A stretch of DNA of 64,000 nucleotides, taken from NCBI GenBank assembly GCA_013239625.1, contig MU054323.1:4504214-4568213 (forward strand). Direction: 5' to 3'. The notes under the pieces are model-generated. The model had not been told where the DNA came from and made no database searches. It saw only the letters and a program-made list of their open reading frames with translations. A program made the translations under genes and the position numbers. Below are positions 1 through 13,750 of this stretch, piece by piece; positions within the stretch are counted from its first letter, which is position 1, and the number at the start of each line of letters is the position of its first letter. Source of the DNA: Lama guanicoe (lineage: Eukaryota).

Positions 1-496
1 TAGTATAGGGCCTTCCAGACTGACAGCCAACCCTTTGGCCTTGTCATAAGTCTCAAACTTCAGATGTTATCTTGATCTCCCATAATTCATTCCAAGTTTT
101 TTTTTTCCCATCAAGATCCCCAGCCTAATGAGCCAGATATTGGGAATTTAAGGCAGCCCAATGAAGAACACTCTTCTTTTCCACCTGAGTTTGAACCAAT
201 CAATTAAAAGAAAAAAACAGTAAGGAAACTAAAATAACACATTTATTAAAAACTTTAAAGTTTAGCTGGTAGCAAGCAAGAACCCATGCTGCTGTTCTCA
301 AGTAGGCAGGAGGTTCCAAAAGGAAGAGAGAAAAGGAGGCTGGGACTCTCTCCCATAGCAATCCTTTAGGTAATGTGATGGGAGGAAAGGAGGGTGGGAG
401 TGCAGGGATGGAAGCATTCCTCTGTTAAGAGCTTCTCTACCTGGAAGGAGACATCAGCAGTGGGGAACGCATGTTCCTTCCCGCAACATTATAATG

Positions 497-695
497 TGCC
501 CAACTCCGAGTGCTTTCTGTATTTTGTTACATTTAATCCTCACAATAACTCCATGAGGTCAATATTATTATAAATTTCATTTTACAGATGAGATTAACTG
601 AAGAGTAAATTCTTTGCAAGACATTACACACACCTGAACTCTTTACCACCAAACTAACAAGACTATCTCCAGAGCAAGTGTTCTTAAGCAGTGTG
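497..695 (-). mobile_element. MIR SINE
   Basis: Reverse-complement MIR core: atttaatcctcacaataactccatgagg...ttttacagatgag. Confidence 0.85.
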
Positions 696-989
696 CAATA
701 TGGAGATACAATTAAAAAAAAAAAAAGCTAACAGACACTGGGGGCGGGGTGGGGAAGCAGAATTAAAATCCTCATAGGAGATGATAAATTACAGAAGTTC
801 TTCTGCACAAAATTAAATCAGTGTTGTATAATGAAAATCAGAATGTAAAGTAAAAGGTCACAGGAATGAATATGGAGAGAGCAGAAATAAATGTGTATGA
901 AAATAGGTCTGAGGGCAGATAGCTGGCTGGTGAATATTAGAGTTTTCTAGAGAGGAAACCAGAAAAAAAAAATGAAACTGAAACAAACA

Positions 990-1260
990 GACAAAAAATA
1001 ATAAGGACGTGGACTAGTGGGAGATAAGTAGTTACAGGAGACAACAGGATAGATTTTAGGGGTCAGTAGGAAGGAGTATGGGCAGGAGTTGGTAATTCAT
1101 TGAAGACGTTGGTGGGAAACACATACGAAGGGAGGGCACAGAGATGCCCTCAGCATTTCTCGCTCAAGGGGACTAGATAGCGAGGGTGGATCATGATGAG
1201 TGGAGAAATGAAATGCCACACACTGAGCCCCTAACCCTCCCTAGAAGGAGACCCAGAGTT
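990..1260 (-). mobile_element. L2 LINE fragment, highly diverged
   Basis: Purine-rich stretch resembling antisense L2 (ggtaattcattgaagacgttgg...gatgccctcagcatttctcgctc). Confidence 0.5.
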
Positions 1261-1949
1261 ATTGTTTTATTCTTGATTTTGATAATTATATAAAGTAGGT
1301 TCAGCTGGGTTTTTTTAATCTGAAAGTCGTCACTCGGGGAATTACAGTAAGATTGTCTGCATCCCAAATTCCCATAAAAGGTTAATTTTTTTTTTTTAAA
1401 TAGCCCAGGTGGCGAAAGGCAGAGGAAGGAGAAGCGTAGCAAAAACAGAACACAACATGCCCACCTGGAAGGCATGAAATGGGACGACAGAAATAAAGGT
1501 AGGCAGAGTTTTAAGTAAACATAAAACTTTAAACGGGTCTAGTAAAGAAAAAAACTCTCAAACTGGGGCAACAGAATACGACTTCCTGAATCGCATGGCA
1601 GCAGCCAGGTCACACCTGAGTTACCTTTTATCGTATTCCAGTGAAGGATTCCCAAGTGTCCACCTCGAGGTAGAAGGTGACAGCAACACAGCTGACTGAT
1701 GAAAAGACAGGCTCGAGTGGACTTTGTCATACTAGGCCCCCCACCAGGAAGTTTAATGAGATGATCTCAGAAAAACAAGCCTGAGCCGAGCACGCGCTTC
1801 TCTCTGGGACAGAAAGTGGTTGTCAGCGTCCCCTCCCACACAGTATGTGCCAAACCGAACTTCTCGGGAACCTCGACTCCCTGTGTCTCTCACATCCTCA
1901 CCTGGGCACGTTTCAGTGTTCTCCGTCTCAGCCAGTGGCACGGTGATCT

Positions 1950-2140
1950 ATCCAGTTTTCATAACCAATTCTTGACACCTTTCCTTTCCTCAAATTCTCT
2001 CTCTAGTCTGTCAGCAGATCTGACGATTTTACCTCCAAAATATCTCTTGCATTTGACTGCTTCCCTCTGTCTCCACCACCATGACCATGGCCCCAGCCCA
2101 CCCCATCCTAACCAAGTCCCTCACATCTGCTCTGCTGTCT
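1950..2140 (+). mobile_element. L2 LINE fragment
   Basis: tctgtcagcagatctgacgattttacctccaaaatatctcttg...ctccaccaccatgacc resembles the L2 3' region. Confidence 0.65.
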
Positions 2141-2169
2141 TAATTGTCCACGCATACGTGTTTTCACGT

Positions 2170-2970
2170 GCCAGGATTACGTTATACGTGCCTGGCACTG
2201 TTTGACACAAGAGATGCAGGAGTGACCAAGATAAAGTCCCTGATGTGATGGAACCTACGTGTTAGGGAGACTGGCACTCAGCACATGGTATAGACTTACT
2301 ATCGGCTGTGATGCGCTGTGAGGAAAACTAAGGGCGGGGGCACTGGTGCGGCTGCCCTCCTAGACAGGGCGGTCAGGGTAAGTCTCTGAGGAAGTGACGT
2401 TTGAACAGAATGACCCACTGCGATGTGGGAACTCATCTTCCCCAGAAGAACAGCAAGAACCAAGGCCTTAAGGGACAGTAAGCCTGTTTCAGGAAGGGAC
2501 AGCCAGATGACTTTGTTTGGACAGAACTGAGAAAACAAGGGAGGGTAAGGCAGGGACTTAATCATGCAGGTCGTAGCAAGGAGTATGGATTTTTATTTTC
2601 ACTTGTCTGAGCAGATGTATTTGTGACCAGGAAGTAACTTTTATAATTTATATTTTTAAATATTTGAAAACATAGCAGTGTGTTCTTTGTGAAGAGAAGG
2701 CTGTGGTGGGGAAAGTGGGAGTAGGGAGATGGTGGCTGACGTCTTCAGGGAGAGGAGCATGGCTTGGACTGGGAGTGCAGCCCAGGTGGTGAGAAAAGGA
2801 TCAACTCGAGCCAGATTTCCAAAGGGTAGACAGGCAGTTTGATTGAATGTGGAATGTGAAGAACAGAAGATTCATTATTGAATGAAAGAGAATCAATACT
2901 TAATTGGCCGAACCATTTATTAAGTGTAAAACTTAGGAAAGAAGAAGTTTGATGCAGGAGTGGAGAGAAT
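2170..2970 (-). mobile_element. L2 LINE fragment (L2a-like)
   Basis: gtgcctggcactgttttgacacaagagatgcaggagtgaccaagataaagtccctg...ctctgaggaagtgacgtttgaacaga, typical antisense L2. Confidence 0.8.
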
Positions 2971-3559
2971 TGAATGGTATTTTTGAAGATTTTTTTTGAG
3001 CATAGGAGGATACTAATACTGTAATCTGTACATATCAACTTTCATAGAGAAAGTCTTTCAAAATGTCTTAATCCACTTCTGTACTTTATTAAGTGGAGTC
3101 TAATGAAGAAACTGGGTGTTTCTTCCATGCCCGGTGCTCCTGGGGACTATTACCCTCATTATTCTGAGCAGCGGTTGTCACTGTCCAGGGCTCTGACATA
3201 AGGCACGACACAGGAGGGTGACTCTACGCAAACAGGACAGACCATGAGATGGGCCTGGACAGTTTCAAATAGGACAGCCTGTGTAAGGGACAGTATGGTT
3301 TCTATGGGCGTATTCTGTAGAATTTTGAGTGACTTTGTTCTTTTTTTTAATTATTTTATATTTCCTAAATTTTCCAAATAGTGTGATCATTTTTTTAATT
3401 TTTGTTCAGAAATAATATGTGAATATATTTTCACTTTTTAAGATCCAGGCACTGCTTAAATATTCAGAATCAAAAGATGAAATTTCCCCCTAAGACTCCC
3501 TTTAATTCTACCCATGCCATGAAGTACAGATTTTAAGATTTCACTTTATACTGTCCTGG

Positions 3560-3996
3560 GTTTTTTGTATGCCTTTAAACATGTCTATCGTAACTTCATC
3601 ATATTTTTTTTTCATATATATGTATATATATGTCTGCAAATACAAATACACAACTTTTCAAAGTAAATGAGCTCACATTACCTGCATTATTATGTACCTT
3701 GTACATTGTCACTTAATAATATGTCTTGGATTTACTGCCATGTTGGAAGGTGTAGTTATACTTCATTCTTAAATAAGTAGCAAATAAACAAAATAGGACA
3801 ACAGCCGCCTCATAGCTCATAAGGGTGACAGGTCACTTGTACAGCGAATTCCCTAGTGAATTACAGTTGTTTCTTATTATTTTCTAGTGCAACTCATGCT
3901 GCAAAGATTGTTCCAAACTATGTAATGTTTGTACTTGTGAGCATTGCTTTAGGTTAGTTTTCTGGCAGTAGTATTGTTAGATCAAAAAGTATGCAC
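3560..3996 (-). mobile_element. Old L1 (L1M/L1ME-like) 3' fragment
   Basis: cacttaataatatgtcttgga...ttcattctt...gtagtattgttagatcaaaaagtatgcacattt, antisense L1ME-type text. Confidence 0.7.
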
Positions 3997-4321
3997 ATTT
4001 TTTTTAACATTTTTTAGTGATTTATAATCATTTTACAATGTTGTGTCAAATTGCAGTGTAGAGCACAATTTTTCAGTTATACATGAACATATATATATTC
4101 TTTGTCACATTTTTTTGTTTGTGAGCTACCATAATATCTTGTGTATATTTCCCTGTGCTATACCGTGTAATCTTGTTTATCTATTCTACAATTTTGAAAT
4201 CCCATCTATCCCTTCCCATCCTCCATCCCCTTGGTAACCACAAGTTTGTATTCTATGTCTATGAGTCTATTTCTGTTTTGTATTTATGCTTTGTGGTTTT
4301 TTTTTTTTTTAGATTCCACAT
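3997..4321 (-). mobile_element. Young lineage-specific (camelid-type) L1 3' UTR running into the assembly gap
   Basis: Poly-T start, then tttacaatgttgtgtcaaattgcagtgtagagcacaatttttcagttatacatgaac...agattccacat; near-identical to the copy at 33808-34197. Confidence 0.9.
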
Positions 4322-4583
4322 NNNNNNNNNNNNNNNNNNNNNNNNNNNNNNNNNNNNNNNNNNNNNNNNNNNNNNNNNNNNNNNNNNNNNNNNNNNNNNN
4401 NNNNNNNNNNNNNNNNNNNNNNNNNNNNNNNNNNNNNNNNNNNNNNNNNNNNNNNNNNNNNNNNNNNNNNNNNNNNNNNNNNNNNNNNNNNNNNNNNNNN
4501 NNNNNNNNNNNNNNNNNNNNNNNNNNNNNNNNNNNNNNNNNNNNNNNNNNNNNNNNNNNNNNNNNNNNNNNNNNNNNNNNNNN
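4322..4583. other. Assembly gap (262 N)
   Basis: Run of N. Confidence 1.
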
Positions 4584-4959
4584 AAAAAATGGCCCTTTAA
4601 GAATATTTACCTATGCAAAGTCCCATCACTAGTACATGGGAATGTACCTTCCTCCGAAGCTGGTCACTACAGATTACTTTATTACTGTGTTTTGTTTGTT
4701 TGTTTGTTTTGGTTTTGTTTTTGTGGAGTTTTTTGGAGGTGGTCTGATGGAAGGTTAGCGTGGAAGGGATTTAGCTTTCCATAAGCCACACCAGTGTCTC
4801 CAGATTCGTTCTCTAATATGGACTGGGATTTTTCTCCTTCTTACATAAGATGCTTTGTAAATACTGTTGTCAAGCTCTCCCTTCCCAGACAGACTGCCGT
4901 TTAGATTGCCTTTGCAACCTAATAGTTGTTTAGAAGACAGTGCAAAACTTTGCAAGTTA

Positions 4960-5720
4960 ATAGATTCTATGGGTAGTCTAATTTATGTTTAATTTCTCCT
5001 TTTTTGCTGTATTATAGTTAAGAGAATACGGTTGTAATTTATTGAGCTCCTTTTCACAACCATCACGTGTGGGTGTATATTTCATGTGCATTTGAAAGAA
5101 TATTTATTTATTTATCTATTTCTATTTGCAGGGTAGAGTGGTTTATTTTGCTTGGTAGGACCTTTGATTTGCAAGGCTATTGTTCTATTTAATCCTTGAT
5201 ACCCTTGTTTACTTTTATTTATCTATTTGTTTTGTCCAATATAGGGAGATGGCATTAAATTCTCCCACAACAGTTATGGATTTTTCAATTTTTTCTTGTA
5301 TTTTTTTATGAGATTTGTTTGAAATATTTCAAAGCCATATAGCCATGTGAAAATTATTTTAGAATAGCATATATAGCTTTTGGGGTGGATCAATTTGTAT
5401 GTTTCACTTTGTCTGGTTTACAGCCTTTCTTACCCATTTAATCTTATTTTAACTCTATCATACCATCTTTTGCCACCTTATTCTTTGTTTGGCATGTCTT
5501 TCTCTAAACCATCATTTTCAGACATTGAATTATCTACATATGATCTTTTCTAAAAATTCTGTTTGCCCTTTGAATTTGTACTTTGATTTGTATTTTTTTC
5601 CAATTATTTGCTGATGTTTTCTTGTTCTAGTCCCTGTTGTCTCTAGCTGGAATTTTTAGCTCTCTTCTCCATTGTCTTTTAATGCTACTGCCAGACTTTC
5701 CATCTGTTTCCCCTTTTATT
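4960..5720 (-). mobile_element. Old L1 ORF2-derived fragment, highly diverged
   Basis: T-rich, with ttaaattctcccacaacagttatggatttttcaattt, typical of the antisense L1 endonuclease region. Confidence 0.6.
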
Positions 5721-8129
5721 CAGAATTAAAAGAGTCCAGGAGAATCCCTTGGCTTTATCTTCCCAGGAAGTAATTTTCTTCCCATCTATATGTATTCTGC
5801 TCAGCCTGCGTGCTGTGACTCTGATTTTGACAGTCATATACAGTGTACCCCAACATCCATCCCATTTGAGTGTCAGGGATTCTCAAAACTCAGCCAGTGA
5901 ATATTGCTTTCAATTTGTACACTTAGAGCAACAGATCGCCAAAACATTACCAATTTTTAGTTATTCTGTGTTGTATTATGTGCGTGACTAAAAATACTCA
6001 AATTTGCACAATCTGTAGCAGTGATGTCAATGACCATTAAAATGAAAAAAAAAACTTGTTTGGAAGTGTGATGTTATTTATATGATTTCCATTGATTCAT
6101 TTTGTCCTTTAAAAATTGATCCAACCTTTAAAATAAAGGTTGACTTCCCTAATCTTTGGGCCAAATGCTTTGCTTGTGAACATTTCTTGTGTGTACAGTT
6201 TCTAGTATCTACAAAATAGTTTATGGAGAATAAGTAATCAGCCAACTTACAGAGTCAAAATACAAGGGAACGCATTGTTACATTACACCACAATAACTAA
6301 TGTGAACTATTGATGCAAATCTTCATTTTAATAGGATTTAATGCTTGCTTAGTATCAAGGTGTATCAACATGGAGGTTCTGGTATGTGTACTTTTTATTT
6401 TTTAACTATTCAAACAAGAACGATTCCCTGAAAGTTTTTCTTTAATAAAATGTTTACTCTTACAAGGTAGGAAATACAGCTTCTCTCTGTCTCACTCATT
6501 ACTTCGGGCATTAAACTGCTGGTGAATTTAGGTGATGCCGTTTGTCACATGTATGGCAATCTTGGTGGCTTTCTCACCTTTGCTTTTATGATTCTCACTT
6601 TGCCATGGAGTGAATAATGACTTTGTGCAACCTAGTCTGCCTTCAGTAATTCCATGGGAAGGAGGGACTTGCCAAAGGTGAAGAGCTGAAGTTACTCAAA
6701 TCTGGGTGTGCCAGCATCTCTCTGGAGATTGGGAGCTACCAGGGCCATGCCCTGCTCCTGCAGCGCCGTTGCACTTGGCTCAGTAGAGATGAACATTCCT
6801 CCGCTTCGCTCTGCCGCACCCATGCCAGCAAGGGCCACTGGGCTCAGCTGTTCTGTGGACTTCTCCAGATCATCAGCTTAAGGACCCTGATCTTCTGAAA
6901 CCCCCTCTTTGATTCTATTAATTCTGGGTTTGAAGTTGCCCCAGCACTGCCCCTGACTCTGGAGCAGTCTTCATCTTTGTGTTTTGGCTGTATTTCCCTC
7001 CACGGCTCCATGAATCCGATTCTGGTTTTGAACCTCTCTCTCAGGAAGTCCTGAAACCTGGTTCGTTAAAAGCACTGGGATGGTCATTTGCTATAAAAAT
7101 GTGTCACCCGCTCTTTGATGTGATTTGTGTGTGTGGTTGGGTAGGGGTGGACTTGAGCCCTTAGAGATCATCTAAGGCTGTCTCTTTCACATAAATATGG
7201 TACGTAATTAGGAAAATATTATCATCAGATTGTTTTAATAAAAATAATCATAATTTGTATATACAGTCTTTCCAAGAAAATTTGAGCAAACTCTAACGGA
7301 GCCATGGTCTACTCTCAGGGAGGAACCTGGCTTTCTGTGTAGATCTGATGAATATTTGATACTTGTAATGAATTTTAAAAATGCTTTCTATTAATAACTA
7401 ACTAATGACTGCTCTGGCATCGTCATCCTGAGTAAGCAGAGAGCAGTGAGAAACTAACCTGTGTGAAAGTGAATAGGCAGGAATACTCAAAGGTGGCAGA
7501 TTTTATTTTTAGGTTTTCTATGTGTCTCCCAGCACCACACATCATGACCTCTGTGAGGTGAGCTGCAAAGGGCTGGCTGGGCCCAGTTTCCCCAGGTGCA
7601 CTTTGAACAAAGGTGGCGTCAGGTAGAGCTGGCTCCATCTGCAGTGCTGATCTTACTGTAAGGTACACACAGTGGTATCCACAGTAGCTCACGAGCAAGA
7701 GGATTTTTCCTTTTCTCTAAAGTGTGTCCCAGAATCCAGGAAAACTTAATACTTCATATTCTCGAGGTCCTACAGGTTGTTTTTTTTTTCCTAGGCATTA
7801 TTTGTAAATCCTGTACTTTTTGTTCGGCAAAACTTTCATGAGAAATGTCTTATTTTGCTTTTTCAGCAGATGTATTTTAGTCAACTTCAGTTAACTTGAA
7901 AATAAGGAAACCTGTTTCAATTTAGTGGTTTAACTTTTGTTTTTAGCTATATTTCCTTCTTAAGATGAAGAGAAAGTTTCAGCAAAAATCCAGCGAAAAT
8001 TCACGATTTAGTTCAACACAGCACTACAACATGCAGACACACACACCTCACACACATATTGAGCATGTCAGTTAAATTTCTATGAACTTTTCTATGGTTT
8101 TTGTACCTCAAGCAGTGAGGAATGATACC

Positions 8130-8490
8130 TTTTAAAATATGCAAGGTACTCAACTGATCAGAAAAGAAAGATTAAACATTGTTCATTAGAGTTTTCTTAC
8201 CCCGCAAGGATGGGTAAAGAGAGTTGTCACTACGAGAGGCTTTGCCTGGCAGAAACTCTGGTCTTTAGAAATATTGTTGCTAGCAATTCATGATGTAACA
8301 GGAAGCCAACCAGGGGATAAGTACCTTGACCTCTCTCTTTGTTGCCCTTTGGTTTCCTGTTGGCTGAAACCACCTAAAAGTCAGAGGGCAAGAGGCCCTG
8401 CTGTTGGAATTCACAGAAGTCACAATTTCAGGGTCTAGAATGGGGTGAGAAGGGTGGAGAGAAGATCTGATGGGGAAGCAGAGGGTGTCT
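8130..8490. mobile_element. Old MaLR LTR (MLT1J/K/L-like) fragment
   Basis: ttggctgaaaccacctaaaagtcagagggcaagaggccc...agaagggtggagagaagatctgatggggaagcagagg resembles old MLT1 LTR ends. Confidence 0.6.
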
Positions 8491-8744
8491 ATGGGAGGGC
8501 ATGGTCACCTCTCCCCACCAGAATGTGGGTCGCCTTCCTTCTAGCATCACTGAGCGCTGGAGTTGCCGTGCTCTTCAGCTCCTTTAGGAGCACCTCTTGC
8601 CTGGAGCGGCTGATCTCAACTTCTGGTGGTTCTCTAAGCTTAGTCTGTGGGATACTTTGATTCTCAGCTCTGGGCTGAAAGAGCAGCAAACTTCTCAGTT
8701 TCCAAACCAGGGGACAATACCTATTTTCTAGTGTGAAAATCAAG

Positions 8745-8840
8745 TTTCTAAGTGGTGAGTAAATTCAAGCCAGGTCACAGCTAATATGTGGTGGTGGAGC
8801 TGGACTTAGAACTGAGGTCTATTTGACTCCCATGTTCCTA
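8745..8840 (-). mobile_element. MIR fragment
   Basis: caggtcacagctaatatgtggtggtggagctggacttagaactgaggtctatttgactcc. Confidence 0.75.
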
Positions 8841-8919
8841 CCTTTAGAATTGTCTTAAAAGTCTATCTTTCTGCTTTAGCTACTGAACTTGGTTTTTACC
8901 CCCTTCATTTTTTAGAGTC

Positions 8920-10300
8920 AATCACTTGCGGGTTCCCAGTGGAGTATCTCACTCCACGTTCCTTTGCCTTTCTGCCTTGTCCATCCATGATATTTCACTC
9001 TTTCTCCAGCATCCTCATTTCTTCTTCATCCTCAAGCGTGTGGTAGATTCCCAATCTGAGGTCATTAAACCATCTTTCTTCTGTGGCAGCAAGTCCTACA
9101 ACCAACCCTAAATGTTCTATTCTACAACAATGCTTTCTGTTCTCATCTAGACATGAATTGCAATTTTAAATACCTTCTCTGTCCCACCCTATTTCTACTT
9201 TAGACTTTTTTCCTCCGCAATTTAAAAGTCCAAACCTTTACTGATTTCCTAAAGAAATCAACATAATTTATGTTTCTCCCCATCACAATACATGACTTTG
9301 CTTCCTATCACACTGAGAAAATAATGATCATCAGACATGAAATTTCTTAACTACTTTCACTTTGCCTGAAGGACATCGATATTTTCTTCTGTCCTTGTCT
9401 CCTTTCCTACCGATTCCATTCAATGAAACCCAATACACTTTTAGTTGAGCACTTACTGTGAGCCAGTCAATATGCTGAGTGCTTGGTTATAAAGATTAAC
9501 TACATCAAAATGGCAGTTACTGTCTCCAGTTGTTCAGTCTGATTTTTGTGGGGTAGAGGAAGCGGGAAGACAAATTGAGACAGATACAGATCCAGGCAAA
9601 GTTAAGTACAATATACTAAGTGGTGTTACGAGCACATGAGAAGGTTCTGTTGATCACAGAGGAAAAGCAACTGTCCTCACCTGGGGAATGGGAGGGTCAA
9701 AGGATAATCCCCAGAGACAGATGCTTTCTCAGTCCCCCATGACATCCCCATCAACATGTTCCAGTTCCTTCCCTACTCGAGTCACAAAAGTTACTATTTC
9801 TACTTCACTTGGAAACTGTGATCCCTCTCCACTTCCTGTCAAGTGGAGACCACACTCTTCGGCGTGCCTTTAAGGGATGCTAGGAACCTTTTTGCCTCCC
9901 CGCTTCCACTTTACTTCTCACCAGGAAGACTTGGACTCTGGACTCCAGCCATCCTCCGGTACGCACAGCCTTCCAAACGTCTTTACCGTCCTTGTGTGCT
10001 ATTCTCTGCAGAGAAGCCTTTCTCCCAAGTTTCTCTACCTGTCCAAACTCTCTTCCTTTCCAGGGCTAACTAAAATAGCCCTGAGGAAATGTGTCTGATT
10101 TCCCACCCCTAAATGTAGTTGCTCTCTCCCTTGTCCATATTCTTAGCATATTGTATTTGCATCTCTATTATGATACCCGTGACTCTGGAAAATTGTTCTT
10201 TATGTGCTTTTCTCTGTAATTTGGGTGTGAAGTCCATAACTCACGCATCTGTACACATTGTCTGGTACATTGTGAGTGCTCAGCAAATGTGTGTCTGACT
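8920..10300. mobile_element. Cluster of L2 fragments (plus ~8920-9400 and ~9950-10300; minus ~9415-9730)
   Basis: cttgcttcctatcacactgagaaaat; ttagttgagcacttactgtgagccag; 3' end tctggtacattgtgagtgctcagcaaatgtgtgtctgactgac. Confidence 0.7.
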
Positions 10301-10314
10301 GACACTCACATGCA

Positions 10315-10470
10315 TTTCGGAGTAGAGTCCTGATCCCATTATTGACTGAATAGTGTTCAGGAAAATTGTGAATCCTTTGACTCTCAATTTTCTCTGCTGT
10401 AAATGGACATTATAATGCCCTGCCAACTTTACATAACTGCTACAGAAAAATCTATGTGAAATGACTTTTA
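10315..10470 (+). mobile_element. MIR fragment
   Basis: ctctcaattttctctgctgtaaatggacattataatgccc core-like text. Confidence 0.6.
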
Positions 10471-11057
10471 AAAAGGTAGTCCCAAATAAATGGACATACT
10501 TATAAGAGATGTCTGTAGCAGAAAAGAAAACTTATTGAACCCACAAATAAAGCTTCATTAATTTTACAAAACATTGTCCCCTTTTTCTTGTTCAATAGCT
10601 ACATGGAAATGCTGCCTGAGCTACACTGTTGCGATCACATAAGAAATGCAACAGAAGAAGCTCAAACACTTTTGCTCATGGATATTATTTCTTTGAATAA
10701 GAGCAATGTATTACAGTTAGTGAAAATGGGAAGGCTCCGGGAAAGAAAGGACTGCATAACTCTAAACCTTTCATTCTTTCACATCTCAAACATGAAGCAG
10801 GCCAACCTTATCTCATACATTGGACCTTTATCTCGTACACTGGACAAGGCATTTGAAAAGCACTAGTATGCTAGTTCCTCAATGAGAAAGTGACTTTTTT
10901 TTTAGCCAAATGTATTAATTATGATAAACAGGCGAATACACATATGCATAGCTTGCACTTTACATGAAACACACCTACCTACAGTGACTAAAACCTAGAC
11001 GTTCAAAAATGTCCAGTGTTACATATTTGCTGAATATGGACAGAAACGTGTTTAGGA

Positions 11058-11220
11058 CCAAAGGCTCTAGAGTGAGACTGTCTGAAATCTTGATCGGCTC
11101 TCCTAAGCTGTGTAACCACTCTGAGCATCAGTTTCCTCACTGCAGAAATGGATATAGTATTATTTGATGAATTTGTTGTCAGGATTAGGAGACTAGTGTG
11201 AAGCACTTCACTCTGCACCT
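11058..11220 (+). mobile_element. MIR SINE
   Basis: ggctctagagtgagactgtctg...ctctgagcatcagtttcctcactgcagaaatggatatag...gtcaggatta. Confidence 0.85.
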
Positions 11221-12186
11221 GAATCTTACTAGAGATTACTTGATGCGCTCAGATTAAAACTAACCTAAAACCTCAGGCATCAGAGTCAGGCTTGGATAGC
11301 TGGCCCTGTGCATTCCTTTTACCCACAGAGCCAGAATCATGACAATTCTTGGCCCGTGGGACTTAAATTGAATGCATATTTCCCCACGTGTTCGTTGCTG
11401 TGTTTTCAGTATAAATCCCACTTGCAACAACTTGTCAAAGACCCAATTCACATCCCATGCAACTTTACTGGGAAATGGGGGATGAGCAAAGTTCAGGATT
11501 TGCCCAGGTTCAGCTCTGCCCTGAGCTGCCTGTGTATGGTGTGTGGCCCTGCCCCTTGAAGCTGTCTTGAGGGAAATACTTCCTGCCAGAGCTCCAGCCA
11601 CCTCATGGGGGAGGAGGGTTTGAGCCCCAGTGTACATGAAACTCTTACTTGTGTCTCATTAATCTTCTCCCGGGATCCCATGCTCTTTTATGCAGAGCTT
11701 GACTTGCTGTGGTTGGGTTGATGGAAACCAAAGAGCAGAGGCAATTTACATCTTGTGAACCATAGGACACTGGAAACCCATCATGGCACATCTGGAGGCA
11801 CCTGCATTATTTAGTGCCTCTGCCCCTCCCCACTGTCTCTCAAGTCTTCAAGCAGGCAGAACAGCTGTCTCTCAGACTCATACCTGATTATGCACTGTCT
11901 TCTTTTATTGTCTGATTGCATCACAGGAGTCACCCTTGGCTCCCTGCAGATTGTAAACCTCCCCCGGACAGACCCTGGGGCTGACATTTCTTTCACTGCT
12001 TGCTGACAACACCAAGCCCAGTGCCACCAGCAACTAGATTGACATTTGGCTGTTTAATCAGCCAGAGTCAGTATGTAATAAGGACACAAGTTAAACAAAA
12101 AGTGAATGCGTGCTACTCGCAAGGACTTCTTTCCTTATTTTTCCAGAAGAGATGGCAGTGTCCTTAACCAAGAATCTCTCCCACAC

Positions 12187-12590
12187 TGTCTTAGATAGTG
12201 TTCCCTCAAAAGCAGATGCTTAGATCTCAGGAAACATGGGTGAGGGAGGGGTGGAGATAACAGGGAAGGGAGGAACAGCAGTAAAGAGCATGCTAAGGAG
12301 CAGGTTTCCCCTGAGGGCTCAGTCTCCCAGAGGCTCCTCTGAGAAACCCCTAGAATGCAATTCTGCACTGTCTGGCCAAGGGGCAGGGGTACATTCAATC
12401 ACATCCCTCTTCAACTAGGGGTTGCTTCTGGACAGGTGAATTCTTTAGCACTCAGGATTGAGCAGTGATGTCCTTGGCTGCAGAGAGAGACTTCAGACAG
12501 AGAACCTGCATATGCTTGCTTGGACTGAACAGCTCTCTGAATGCACTCTGGGCCACAGGGTATGTCCTGGATGGCTCTCCACCGGTGGTT
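12187..12590. mobile_element. Old ERVL-MaLR LTR fragment
   Basis: tgtcttagatagtgttccctcaaaagcagatgc...cagggaagggaggaacagcagtaaagag resembles old MLT1 LTRs. Confidence 0.55.
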
Positions 12591-12825
12591 GTAAACATAA
12601 AGTCTGGCGCCAGACTCCTGGGCTGGAGGGCCAGCTCTGCTTCTTATTAGCCCTGTGACCTGGAAAAGGTGCTTAACTTTTCTGCTTCCTGATTTCCTCA
12701 ACTGTCGAGCACAGATGATGGCAGTAACTGCCTCTTAAGGCTGTTGAGCAAACACGCAAGCTCCTACTGTGTATAATCTTAGAACAGTGCCTGACGAACG
12801 TTAAGTGTGGCGTAACTATTTGCCT
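12590..12825 (+). mobile_element. MIR SINE
   Basis: gccagactcctgggc...ctgtgacctggaaaaggtgcttaacttttctgcttcctgatttcctcaactgt...ttagaacagtgcctgac. Confidence 0.85.
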
Positions 12826-13539
12826 GTTTTTCACTAGAATGTATTCTCCATGCCATCAGAGAGTTTTCACTGTTTCGCCGACTATGGTATCTGAAGAACT
12901 TAGAATAATGCCTGTTACATAGTGAGCACCCTACAGCATTTCCTCAGTGAATGGGCATGTCACTGGCAAGTCCCGGAGCCTCTGTGGTCTCATCCATAAT
13001 ATGGAAATAGTAGCACATCCCTTACAGGCTTCACCACTTTGCTATAATGGCCAAAGAAGTTGCTGGCTGCCTGAAGCCCTTTGGAAAAATCTTGGAGGTC
13101 AGATAAATGGGGAACACGGAGACCTCTGCTTCCAGTTCTTTTCAATGGAGAAGCATGGCCCAGGAGAGAAAGTGTTAACAAGAATGTCCTGAAGGTACAG
13201 ATGGTGCCTATGAAGAAAAAAAAATCTATCTTTCAATTTACAAAAATGATTAGCTGGGATCCCACTGAGTTCACTGCACGGGCCACTGCTAGTTTTAATT
13301 TGTGCCAATAGGATGGAGAGATGGACTTTAATGAGGATCTGTGTTTTCTCATCATGGGCAAAGTTAGGGGAAATGGCAGAGGGGATAGGGAGGGTGAAAG
13401 ATAATTGGGGGATTCAGAAGACGGGGCTGCTTCATGGGGACGGTTGAATGCATTGCTGCCTTCCCGTCTAGAGTCTTATCGTAGTGGTTTTTGCCTGACT
13501 GAGGATGGGGGTAGAGATGTCATAATTATCCAAGGAAGC

Positions 13540-13750
13540 AAGTAGTAAGGGGATTCCAAACACACTCTCTGGAGTCAGAAGGTCTGGGTTTGCCACTCAC
13601 TGGGGGAACTTTATGCCTCTATTTCCTCATTTGCAAACTACAGAAATCGTTGTATCTATTGTTATAGGATTATTTTGACTATTAAACATGATAATACAAA
13701 TAAAGAGCTTAGCATAATGCCTTGCATATATTACATTCTCAATAAATTTC
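13540..13750 (+). mobile_element. MIR SINE
   Basis: ctctggagtcagaaggtctgggtttgccactcact...tttcctcatttgcaaa...agcttagcataatgcc...ctcaataaat. Confidence 0.85.

Noticed and set aside
4155..4784. 209-aa and 133-aa ORFs
   Set aside because: Artefacts of translating through the N gap and an antisense L1 3' UTR.
12141..12160. CTCF-like word ccagaagagatggcagtg
   Set aside because: The 5' half is out of register with the consensus; weak match.
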